Part shown: positions 26,980 to 35,433 of the stretch, one piece after another
Layout: every line of letters begins with the position of its first letter
Position numbering within the stretch: the stretch's first letter is position 1
Origin: a virus
Taxonomy: Duplodnaviria; Caudoviricetes
Reading direction: 5' to 3' (one strand)
Length of the DNA: 63,730 nt
Virus record (IMG/VR): IMGVR_UViG_3300048837_001215
Span: 1-63,730 of that record
Notes under the pieces: model-generated
What the model was told of the DNA's origin: nothing
The model's database searches: none
What the model saw: the letters and a program-made list of their open reading frames with translations, nothing else
Program-made: the position numbers and the translations under genes

Positions 26980-27711
26980 TTACTTGATGGGCTTGAGTCG
27001 ACCGAGTTCTTTCAGGCAATTCAGAACCTTCAGAACGCCGGCCTTCGTGGTGTTGATGGTAGAGTCGCTGAAGACCATTCCATTCTCTTTCAAGACCTTG
27101 GCGATGTCTTCCGTCGATGCCTTCTCGTTCTTGCAGATTTCCATGGAGATCATATTTGTGACCGACGGGCCGCGAGGAGCCTTTTCCTTCTTGGGGGCCT
27201 TCTCAGGTTTGGCCGGCTTCTCTTTTGGTCCTTCTTCCAGCTTCTTGACCAGATACCCCTTCAGCTTCTTGATGTCTTTCCGGAAGGGAGGGGGAACTGC
27301 AATCCGCTCTTCCTTGGCAATAGCCAGAAGATCGTCGATCTTGCGAGCCTTGTTCACCTTGGCAACCAGCTCCGAATTGTCGGGCTCGGCATCATCATCG
27401 GCATCATCATCGGCATCATCATCGGCATCATCATCGGCATCATCATCGGCCTGGGATTCGCCCTCAGCGACAGTGGCGGCAAACTCCAACCCCAAGGCGG
27501 TCAGGGTTTCGGCGGTGCCGGGCTGGATGGTATCGGACTCTTCCAACTGGGCGGCACATTCGGTTAGCTCAGACAGCAGATCGTCGTATGCCATATCAAC
27601 CGGGATCTCATCGCCCTCGGCAAACTTCATGAAGGAATTGAAGTCCATTGCTACTGCCTGAAGGGCTTCCAGGGGGACTTCGGGGGCTTTTGCTGCTTTC
27701 TTCTTGGCCAT
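26980..27711 (-). CDS. Acidic/basic low-complexity protein, possible DNA-binding C-terminus
   Basis: Own promoter, RBS and terminator; (ADDD)n tract; Lys-rich C-half. Confidence 0.65.
   Translation of the reverse strand: MAKKKAAKAPEVPLEALQAVAMDFNSFMKFAEGDEIPVDMAYDDLLSELTECAAQLEESDTIQPGTAETLTALGLEFAATVAEGESQADDDADDDADDDADDDADDDAEPDNSELVAKVNKARKIDDLLAIAKEERIAVPPPFRKDIKKLKGYLVKKLEEGPKEKPAKPEKAPKKEKAPRGPSVTNMISMEICKNEKASTEDIAKVLKENGMVFSDSTINTTKAGVLKVLNCLKELGRLKPIK
27386..27450. repeat. 12-bp tandem repeat, ~5.4 copies
   Basis: (TCGGCATCATCA)n encoding ADDD on the - strand. Confidence 0.9.
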
Positions 27712-27785
27712 GTGGTTCTCCTTTGTACTTTTGGTTTGATCGAATTGATCTGGTTGGGGACCTTCCCCTGTCTTGCTTATGTTAG

Positions 27786-27814
27786 ATTATACCTGGAAAA
27801 CAATATATCGTTAA
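27786..27814 (-). promoter_or_regulatory. Promoter motif TTAACG-N17-TATAAT, copy 2
   Basis: CCTTAACGAT...CCAGGTATAAT. Confidence 0.8.
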
Positions 27815-28491
27815 GGCAAAACAAAGTTTTTTTCGCCTTTTGGAAAAATAATTTTATGGAGTTGGGTGTTTATTACCACTTTGTCCAATATAGTCGGGTG
27901 GTTATATCTTCCCTCCATCATCCAGGTAAAAATCTGTTCCTCGCTGGTTTTTCCGAACATGGGACTGAAAGCAAAATTACAATCAGGCAAAAGGAAGGTG
28001 ATATCCTCTACCATTTCCATCCCCTTGTAAAAATCATCATATCCTCCAATAATGATTTTTACCCACATACTTGGTTTCCTCCCCAAGATGGATACGAACT
28101 CTCCAAGGGATTGTTTCAGCTCCAATTTATAGTCAACCACCCAACAGATTTTATCTGCCCATGCTCCAGCCGGAATCGGGATGGTTCCATTCGTCTCCAC
28201 TGATATTTGAATCCCCATTCCAATCAAGGCTTTTGCCAACATTACAAATTCAGGACTAAAAAGGGGCTCCCCTCCAGTTATAGTGACCTTGCCAAATCCA
28301 GAGGAGTTTACTTTTTCCATAATTTCATAAACTGATAATTCACCTCCCCCTTCCAAATCCCATGTCTGTTTGGTATCGCAGTAAGGACACCTGAGATTGC
28401 AGCCCTGGAGCCGGATGAATACGGTTGGTTTACCCTGTCCCCATTGATTCACCTCACCATCCAAAGAGCAAAAGATTTCGTTTACCCTCAT
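27811..28491 (-). CDS. queE: 7-carboxy-7-deazaguanine synthase (radical SAM)
   Basis: EIF.SLDGE, FIRLQGCNLRCPYCDT, TGGEP, ETNG, QLHK. Confidence 0.93.
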   Translation of the reverse strand: MRVNEIFCSLDGEVNQWGQGKPTVFIRLQGCNLRCPYCDTKQTWDLEGGGELSVYEIMEKVNSSGFGKVTITGGEPLFSPEFVMLAKALIGMGIQISVETNGTIPIPAGAWADKICWVVDYKLELKQSLGEFVSILGRKPSMWVKIIIGGYDDFYKGMEMVEDITFLLPDCNFAFSPMFGKTSEEQIFTWMMEGRYNHPTILDKVVINTQLHKIIFPKGEKNFVLP

Positions 28492-28859
28492 TTCTCTTTC
28501 CTCCAGGTGGCAAAAGAATCATCAGTTTCGGATACCTGGACCCTGACCAAACCAGCTCCAATACTGGTTTTCCCAATCTTGTCGGCAATCCATTGAGCAA
28601 TGTTTTCAGCAGTTGGATTGCCGACAATTACCTGATTGAGATCGTGATGGTCCAGTTCATCGATGATCGGGTCAACAATCTTTTTAATGATTTTGAAATC
28701 AACCACCATTCCCGGGTATGCCGCCGGCATTATGGGGGCCTGGTTCGAAAACTCCACTTCCACATTGCTGTTATGACCATGGACCCTTTGACAGTCTCCG
28801 TCATATTCGGGGAGGTGATGGGCATAGCTGAATGAAAACTTCTTCGTTACTGAAATCAT
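28488..28859 (-). CDS. queD: 6-carboxytetrahydropterin synthase
   Basis: AHHL, C...HGH, DF, DH..LN, PTAENIA, ET. Confidence 0.93.
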   Translation of the reverse strand: MISVTKKFSFSYAHHLPEYDGDCQRVHGHNSNVEVEFSNQAPIMPAAYPGMVVDFKIIKKIVDPIIDELDHHDLNQVIVGNPTAENIAQWIADKIGKTSIGAGLVRVQVSETDDSFATWRKEK

Positions 28860-28903
28860 GATTTTCTCCTTGGTTTAGATATTTTTGACATTATGTATCT
28901 GCG

Positions 28904-29503
28904 TCATACCTGAATATGTATAATCTTATCAACAGCTTTTCCAAAGAAAACAATTTCAATTTTGTTTCCTTTTACAATGGTGTCATAATAGGTTATGACT
29001 CCATATTTAGAATCAGATATTTCCGGAATAATTACTGAATGACCAATCCGAAAAATAGTCATTATCTCGCCGATTCTCTTTTCTGACTTTTTATAGTCTG
29101 GAAAAACAAGTTCGAATCGATTGTCTCTTATTGTGCATTTATATAGTGGTTCTTCTGGAGCATGTTGAACTGGCTTGTCCATTTTCTTTCCAGATGGATC
29201 TTTTATCCAGTCTCGTTGCAAAACCTTTTCTATGACTTCTGCAATCTCTTTTTCTGCATCCAAGTCAAGTTTAGAAAGTATCTGAAGACCAAAAATCAAA
29301 GTATCAGCAATGCCGTCTGCCACCTGCTTTTTATCAATTCCGTCAGCGCCACAACGGATTCTTTGAACCCCTTTCAATATATGATGACAGACCTCACCTA
29401 CCTCTTCGGCCATACCAAGGGCACACTTCAAAAGATCATCTTCGTGAATTCCAAAGTTCTTTTCCTGCCATTCTTTCAGTTGTTTTTGTTTTAGATCAAT
29501 CAT
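28904..29503 (-). CDS. MazG-like nucleotide pyrophosphohydrolase
   Basis: EEVGEV...DGIAD all-alpha NTP-PPase motif with C-terminal extension. Confidence 0.75.
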   Translation of the reverse strand: MIDLKQKQLKEWQEKNFGIHEDDLLKCALGMAEEVGEVCHHILKGVQRIRCGADGIDKKQVADGIADTLIFGLQILSKLDLDAEKEIAEVIEKVLQRDWIKDPSGKKMDKPVQHAPEEPLYKCTIRDNRFELVFPDYKKSEKRIGEIMTIFRIGHSVIIPEISDSKYGVITYYDTIVKGNKIEIVFFGKAVDKIIHIQV

Positions 29504-29513
29504 GTTTATCCCT

Positions 29514-32285
29514 TTAAAATGAGGCAATCAATGGTCTGCCTTGTTCCAGGCTTTGCAGTATTGTTACCCCTTTATGGTCATCAAATTCTTCTTCACGGGT
29601 GAGGATTGTTCCTAATCTCATTACTTTTCTTCTCTTCTCCTCCCTGGTTTGGTTAAGGGTGATCATCCCTGTTACGTGAGCGTTCTTCTGCTTGCTTTCG
29701 CTGAAGTTCTTGCTGGTAATCCATTTGGTATCATACGACTCGGTATCGGATTGAGAGGCGGAAAGGACCAGACAATGCCTTTCCTGAGACATCCTTCGAA
29801 CTCCTCCCCATATCTTTCCAATTCCATGCCGGACCTGCTCCCCCGAATGAAGAGTATCCGGAACAATCAAATCCATATAGTCAATTACAATTACATCAGG
29901 GATAAAGCTCTCCTGCGACTCCCAGGCATCCAGTTGCTGGTCTATCCGGCTAATGGTCAAGGTATCGTTTGGGAAGGCAATCAGCTTCATCCTGGCCTTC
30001 TTTCCCCATCTCCTTGCCATTCTCTGCGCCGCTTTTGCCGCTCCAGGGCCATCCAGAACAGGGACAGGAGGGCGAACTCTCAACCAAGATGCCCCTTTAT
30101 ACCCTGGCTGTTCGCCTGGGTTCTTCATACAGTAGGTGCATGGATTATGGTCTGGACATTCTTCATACGGGAGAAGTTGCTTAGTGTTCGGGTCCATAAT
30201 AGCAAAGGTCCCTGCCCTGTTTGGGTTGTCGCAGGTGTCATCCTGATTCCTCTTGCAGTCAAGAACTGGAACAAGGATCTCCCCACAGTTTTTTGGCCGA
30301 TTAGATCTGCCGGCAAAACGAATTCCAAACCTGACCTCCAGCTGCGATTGTGACATATCGCCGGCAGAGAAGAAAGCCACATTCAATCCGGCCCTTCTTG
30401 CCCACAACGATATCTCAATCAGCATCCAGGTGTTATGGGCTATAATATCCCCAGCTACAAAATTATGAAAATCAGGAACAGTAAGGTCATAAGTATTCCT
30501 TTCACCCATATCAATTTTTTCTATTACAGAATCCCATATTACATCACTTAAAGATAATATTTCGGCAGTTTTAGAAAAACAACTCATCTTTTTAACTATA
30601 TTATGAGAAATGTTTGTTTTATTCTTTCTAGCTGTCCTAATCACTTCTTGAAATACTTTTGGAATTTTTCCTTTGGATTCTTGATATATCTTTTCCATAA
30701 ATTCTGGAGGAATAGTGGTCAAGAAACAATTTGATCTTTTCTTTTGAAGCTGCTTCTTCTTTACCTCTTGAGCAATTCCCATTTTATGAAAAGAAAACCC
30801 GATATCGTCAATGAATTTTAATATCCCATCTCTATTTTTAATAGAAATCGCCCAGTAATCTCTTTCTTTTATTATGGATTTGCTTATATTCCCGACTATT
30901 CCAAATCGCAAAAGAAGATGATATACTTGATGAATCATTTTCTTGCTGGCACTACTGTACTCAATCCCTTCTTTATAAACTGATCCGTCACAAGAAAATA
31001 ATATATTCAAAAATAATTTTAGTTGGGGTTTAGGAAGAGAAAAAATGCAATCAGGAATAAACTTATCTTTCGATCTTTTCCCCATTAACCCTAATTCAGT
31101 TATCCATTTTCCAGTCTGGTTTTTACTATGAAGCCCTTTACAAAACTCGTGATTTATTATTGAAAAGTCTTTGTTGTTTGCAATTTTATCGGATATCTTA
31201 TCCCCCATTTGTTCCACACATTCAATAAAATCTTTTTGAATGTCAATGTAAGTAGAACAAAAACGAAGATCACTATTTGAATATAATCCTCCTTCGGTAA
31301 TTAAATAAGCCAATAATTTAATTTTATATTCCTTCATTTGAATATTTCCAAAACAAGGAATATTGCATGGAACTGCTATTCTTTCACCAATTTGAATATC
31401 TTTTACATTCTTCCACCCTGAAGGGGTTAAGTATGGATGATTAAAAGTGGTCACAATTTCTCTACCGGTTCTTGTAATCACCTTACAAGTATTCTTTTTC
31501 CCATTGTCCCAATAACCTGAAATTGCCTTTGGCTCCAATTTCATTGTTTTTTCATTGAAACTCATTATTTCAGGGTCTCTGTCTAACACCACATCTTTTA
31601 TTGCCTTTACTCTTCCGTCTGGCAATACAATTGGGGTATCCTCATCAAGGCATTTTCCACGCTTTTCCGGCCCAAGTAAAGTGACGAATGCCTCCCTTTC
31701 CATTAGATCGTTCAGGAATCTGCCGACTGCTCCAGGCATCCTGAATAATGGTTCTGCAGAATATTCAAAGGCCGACAGCATGGAATCCCGGTCTGAAAAG
31801 GGATCAACCCCCATTGACCCGGGCCTGGAAACTGACTGATATGAATTGAACTCAACCTGGGCAGCAGCGACATCTCCTCTAACCAATAGAGCCTTGATGT
31901 TTGCTGCCTTCTTCTCCAGATTCCTCGACTCGAAATACTTTTCAGCTCTATCCAGAAGGAACTCGGCATTGAACTCCTTGGACCGCTCATATTCGTCAGA
32001 TAGGGTTCCCAGGAGTTTGGAGATAATGCTTTCCTGATCGTCATCCAGATTACCCTGCTCAACCTCTTGCCGGAAGATATCCTCAATGTGGACTCCAGGG
32101 GCTTTCCCGAACTTGACATGATAGTCCTGGCACCAACCAATCACCTTCATGGCCCATGGCGACTCTAGGAGATCCGGGCGGAGGATTGGCTGAACTTCCT
32201 TGATGAATCGATCTGAAACTACCATGCCCAGGACTATCTGTCGTTCTGGGCTCTCTTCAATTGCCTTTCGCTGATATCTAGCCAT
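29514..32285 (-). CDS. dnaB: DnaB-like replicative helicase, intein-containing
   Basis: Walker A GPEKRGK|T split by the intein; VIDYMDL; SASQ; SES..K. Confidence 0.85.
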   Translation of the reverse strand: MARYQRKAIEESPERQIVLGMVVSDRFIKEVQPILRPDLLESPWAMKVIGWCQDYHVKFGKAPGVHIEDIFRQEVEQGNLDDDQESIISKLLGTLSDEYERSKEFNAEFLLDRAEKYFESRNLEKKAANIKALLVRGDVAAAQVEFNSYQSVSRPGSMGVDPFSDRDSMLSAFEYSAEPLFRMPGAVGRFLNDLMEREAFVTLLGPEKRGKCLDEDTPIVLPDGRVKAIKDVVLDRDPEIMSFNEKTMKLEPKAISGYWDNGKKNTCKVITRTGREIVTTFNHPYLTPSGWKNVKDIQIGERIAVPCNIPCFGNIQMKEYKIKLLAYLITEGGLYSNSDLRFCSTYIDIQKDFIECVEQMGDKISDKIANNKDFSIINHEFCKGLHSKNQTGKWITELGLMGKRSKDKFIPDCIFSLPKPQLKLFLNILFSCDGSVYKEGIEYSSASKKMIHQVYHLLLRFGIVGNISKSIIKERDYWAISIKNRDGILKFIDDIGFSFHKMGIAQEVKKKQLQKKRSNCFLTTIPPEFMEKIYQESKGKIPKVFQEVIRTARKNKTNISHNIVKKMSCFSKTAEILSLSDVIWDSVIEKIDMGERNTYDLTVPDFHNFVAGDIIAHNTWMLIEISLWARRAGLNVAFFSAGDMSQSQLEVRFGIRFAGRSNRPKNCGEILVPVLDCKRNQDDTCDNPNRAGTFAIMDPNTKQLLPYEECPDHNPCTYCMKNPGEQPGYKGASWLRVRPPVPVLDGPGAAKAAQRMARRWGKKARMKLIAFPNDTLTISRIDQQLDAWESQESFIPDVIVIDYMDLIVPDTLHSGEQVRHGIGKIWGGVRRMSQERHCLVLSASQSDTESYDTKWITSKNFSESKQKNAHVTGMITLNQTREEKRRKVMRLGTILTREEEFDDHKGVTILQSLEQGRPLIASF
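30432..31652 (-). mobile_element. Intein (407 aa) with LAGLIDADG endonuclease in the helicase P-loop
   Basis: Starts CLDEDT, ends IIAHN before Thr; T.NHPY block B; LAYLITEG and LFSCDG; AT-rich. Confidence 0.93.
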
Positions 32286-32913
32286 TGTTCGGGATTCTCC
32301 TGTCGCCTACCTTGCTGTTGATCAGATATGGCTCGCACATCCCTTGAATCCGGCTGACCAGTCTATCATCCCCAAACCGCTCATCCAGTTCTTCAAAATT
32401 CAAATTGGAAGTCACCACCGTGATCTTCCCTGACTCATACCTCTTGTTGATGATCAAATACAAGGTGGACATGGTCCAGTCGGTTGTCTTCTCAGCTCCA
32501 AGATCATCCAGACATAACCAATCTACGCCGGCGCAGGATTCAATCAAATCCCTTTCGAAATTAGATCGATTCGATTGGTAGGAGGATCTGAGATTGAATA
32601 GCATTTCCGGAACATTCACCCACTTGTAACTCATTCCCCTGACCGTTCCATTCTCCAACAAATTCAAGAGCAATGCCGCTGCCTGATGCGATTTGCCATG
32701 TCCGGCAGGCCCATACAGGAAGAATCCTCTATCAAAAGGTTCTGGCAGCGTTACTTTTCGCCTCTTCTCCAGATTCCGGACAATCACTCCAGGAAGGCCG
32801 GCAGGGATCAGATGGGCCGGGAATCCATTTATAAACATCTGTATCCTTCTGCATTGCTGGCACTTCTTTTCCCCATTGCGGATGATGGTTCCACAAGTAC
32901 ATTTGGTCGTCAT
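32278..32913 (-). CDS. DnaC-like helicase loader ATPase
   Basis: GPAGHGKS, LDDLGAE, TSN, SRI; N-terminal Cys motifs. Confidence 0.85.
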   Translation of the reverse strand: MTTKCTCGTIIRNGEKKCQQCRRIQMFINGFPAHLIPAGLPGVIVRNLEKRRKVTLPEPFDRGFFLYGPAGHGKSHQAAALLLNLLENGTVRGMSYKWVNVPEMLFNLRSSYQSNRSNFERDLIESCAGVDWLCLDDLGAEKTTDWTMSTLYLIINKRYESGKITVVTSNLNFEELDERFGDDRLVSRIQGMCEPYLINSKVGDRRIPNNG

Positions 32914-33092
32914 ATCATAGGTACCAATACTTGTAATTTTACTCCATCAACGCAAAGAATTTCTTGCCTATTTTCAACAGTAAATGAAATTTCTGTAATT
33001 ATACATTCTGTCCTGTGATTAAAATTATCAATTAAACTCATTATTTTTCGTTCAGTTTCTTCTTTTAATTTTTTTATCTCTTTTATTTCCAT
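32910..33092 (-). CDS. Hypothetical protein
   Basis: 60 aa; GAGG RBS. Confidence 0.5.
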   Translation of the reverse strand: MEIKEIKKLKEETERKIMSLIDNFNHRTECIITEISFTVENRQEILCVDGVKLQVLVPMI

Positions 33093-33108
33093 TTTATCAC
33101 CTCTGGTT

Positions 33109-34068
33109 TCAATCTATTTCGATTACTGTAACATTGCGGCCGTAGGTGCCGGGAGGGTTTAAATACTTTCTTTTGGATCTCCAGTCAGATGTCGGCTTCT
33201 GCTTTTCGGAACGGGTGATGGAGAGTTCCAGCTTGGGGAACTTGCTGCGGAAAGAGGTGGCACAAAAGCATTCCGGAACATATTGCTGACCAATATGTTC
33301 TTCATACCAGTCGAGCACCTTGTTGATCTGGAGGAGCGGAATTTTGTCGACATTGTGGAGCTTGCGGAACTGATCGGGCCATTGATTTGTTTTTGTGGCG
33401 GAGGTAATTCGGTTTGCTGATTCTACTATCCGGCGAAGTCTTCTTGCCAGCCGGATGTATGTTTTATTTTGTTCTTCTCCTTCTTTAGACTTGACCGGAG
33501 AGGATTTCTTTTCTTTTTTAAAAATTCTTTGTCGAGAGAAAGTTTTTAAATTATCTACTGTTTTATATATTACTGTATTATTATCTTGGGCACCGGAGTT
33601 CTTATTATCTCCGGACACTATAAAATTTATATTGTCCGAGGATATAGTTTCTTTAAAAATGTTTTTGCTTGGGGTATGGATTTGATCAATAAATTTACAT
33701 TCTTCCGATAAAGGGGTTGGATAATCCGCTTCCTTTAGAACACCTTCGTCTGGAGTATTGATGATGTATCTGTGGGGCCGGTGCATCAAACGATCTGCAC
33801 CTTTCGGCGATATAATTTGAATCAGATTGTATTTTTTTAGCACCTTGAGATAGGAGTTCAAGGTTTGAAGAGATACGCCCATATATTCCGCCCAATCTTC
33901 CCGTTTGATCTGAGGAAAGACCTTTTCAGAGTCACTTTTACAGAATTTTTTAAATACACAAAGAAGGGTAAAAGGGCCAGGGCCAATTACCCGTAGCCAT
34001 TTGTCAATATAATCATTCTGGACCATGAAAAAATACTCGTGCTGTTTATTTTCAATGATCATTGTCAT
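33109..34068 (-). CDS. Phage replication initiator with N-terminal winged HTH
   Basis: WAEYMGVSLQTLNSYLKVL; upstream of the DnaC-like and DnaB-like genes. Confidence 0.7.
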   Translation of the reverse strand: MTMIIENKQHEYFFMVQNDYIDKWLRVIGPGPFTLLCVFKKFCKSDSEKVFPQIKREDWAEYMGVSLQTLNSYLKVLKKYNLIQIISPKGADRLMHRPHRYIINTPDEGVLKEADYPTPLSEECKFIDQIHTPSKNIFKETISSDNINFIVSGDNKNSGAQDNNTVIYKTVDNLKTFSRQRIFKKEKKSSPVKSKEGEEQNKTYIRLARRLRRIVESANRITSATKTNQWPDQFRKLHNVDKIPLLQINKVLDWYEEHIGQQYVPECFCATSFRSKFPKLELSITRSEKQKPTSDWRSKRKYLNPPGTYGRNVTVIEID

Positions 34069-34241
34069 ATTGGCCTCTGCAGAGAAAGGTTGAAAGGAAA
34101 TGGGGGAAGGATGGATGTCAGGAAGGGGATAGTGAATTAATTGGACCAGATCAACTCAAACTATCGACATCCATCCTCCGGCTAACTTCGCTCTTCTCAG
34201 TGATCAGCTGATATCCCATAATAAAAAGGTCCGGTCTTTAT

Positions 34242-34270
34242 ATTATACCTGGATTTTTTTAAATCGTTAA
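34242..34270 (-). promoter_or_regulatory. Promoter motif TTAACG-N17-TATAAT, copy 3
   Basis: CCTTAACGATTT...CCAGGTATAAT. Confidence 0.8.
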
Positions 34271-34279
34271 GGATGTTTA

Positions 34280-35203
34280 TTAATTTATTTTTTTACCTAA
34301 TAAATCCAATGATATATAATCTGCTTCCTCCTCCGATAATTCTCCAGGATCACCACTTCCTATGTCGATAAGCTCACTTTGGATGCCAGCTGTTTTCAAT
34401 TCAAGACCGAGTTTTCTGGCTTGTTCCTGGGCCTCAGATTCCGGGTCGAAGAGGATAAATACCATGGAGAAATTCAGCAACAATCTGACCTGAGAAGGCT
34501 TGTATTTTATTCCAAAGGTAGCTACAGATCCTGGTCCCATCCTCCAGACATCGGTCACTCCTTCAACCACTATGACCTTGTTGGATCTGGCTTTATCCAG
34601 GCCATACAGGCAGTCTTTATGGTCTCGAACTTCATTCTCTTGTTGGCAGGCTTTGTACTTCATATCTGACTTTCCAGTGATATCCCGGCCTTGATAGCTG
34701 ACCAATTGTCCTTTGTATTCAATTGGGATGATGATGCGATGCTTGTATGGACCGACAGGTCCGGTTCCTTTCAATCCCCATTCTTTTTCCAACTTATCTG
34801 GATCAAACTTCCGGTCGATCAGATATTGCCGATGCCTCTTGTTCATCTCCCCGGTTCCGGCAGGCAGGATTAATCTGGATTTCCTTTCCCTCTTTTTCCC
34901 CTCGTCATTCTCGAAATTTATGGGCAAATTTCGTTGGTAGATGTCCAGGATGGCTCTTAGCCCAGATTTATCTAACGACAAAATACGGCACAAAACATCG
35001 CTTACTTTTTTGGGTCCACATCTCCAGCAGACATACCTTCCTGCATACTTGCTTCCTGGGTCGATACAATAACCGAGATGATACCCAGGATTTCCAGAGC
35101 AGAATGGGCAGGGAACCCCCACCCATCCTGCCGATACGTGTTTATGACCGGGGAGCTTATATTCCACGCCCCGGTCATCGTAGAGGCGAATGATATCGAT
35201 CAT
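34280..35203 (-). CDS. DNA primase (Zn finger + TOPRIM)
   Basis: CPFC...CWRC; YQGR; VEGVTD; FD; DPG. Confidence 0.85.
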   Translation of the reverse strand: MIDIIRLYDDRGVEYKLPGHKHVSAGWVGVPCPFCSGNPGYHLGYCIDPGSKYAGRYVCWRCGPKKVSDVLCRILSLDKSGLRAILDIYQRNLPINFENDEGKKRERKSRLILPAGTGEMNKRHRQYLIDRKFDPDKLEKEWGLKGTGPVGPYKHRIIIPIEYKGQLVSYQGRDITGKSDMKYKACQQENEVRDHKDCLYGLDKARSNKVIVVEGVTDVWRMGPGSVATFGIKYKPSQVRLLLNFSMVFILFDPESEAQEQARKLGLELKTAGIQSELIDIGSGDPGELSEEEADYISLDLLGKKIN

Positions 35204-35433
35204 GACTTTTTGCAGCAGCAGTGGATTCTTGCCAAGGAACAAAAGGTCTGTTCACAGGCAACAGAATGTTTATGAGGAGTTTTATGAACACAACCTTGCT
35301 GAAACCAACAAGATCCTTTGGCCACCCCCGAGCAAATTACTATCTCTGTTTTTTCTATTCGCCGGCGGATTGGAGCTTCTTTGATCCTGGTTCTTTTCTT
35401 CTTTGGTTCCTCTGCTTTGATTCTGGTCCTCAT
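35200..35433 (-). CDS. Small basic Cys-rich protein
   Basis: Coupled on both sides. Confidence 0.55.
   Translation of the reverse strand: MRTRIKAEEPKKKRTRIKEAPIRRRIEKTEIVICSGVAKGSCWFQQGCVHKTPHKHSVACEQTFCSLARIHCCCKKS

Noticed and set aside
32278-32913. IS21 IstB transposition helper
   Set aside because: No IstA or terminal inverted repeats; its place between initiator and helicase fits a DnaC-like loader.
33570-33650. Replication origin iterons inside the initiator gene
   Set aside because: Only loose TATTATCT-like repeats in an AT-rich stretch; plausible but too degenerate to call.
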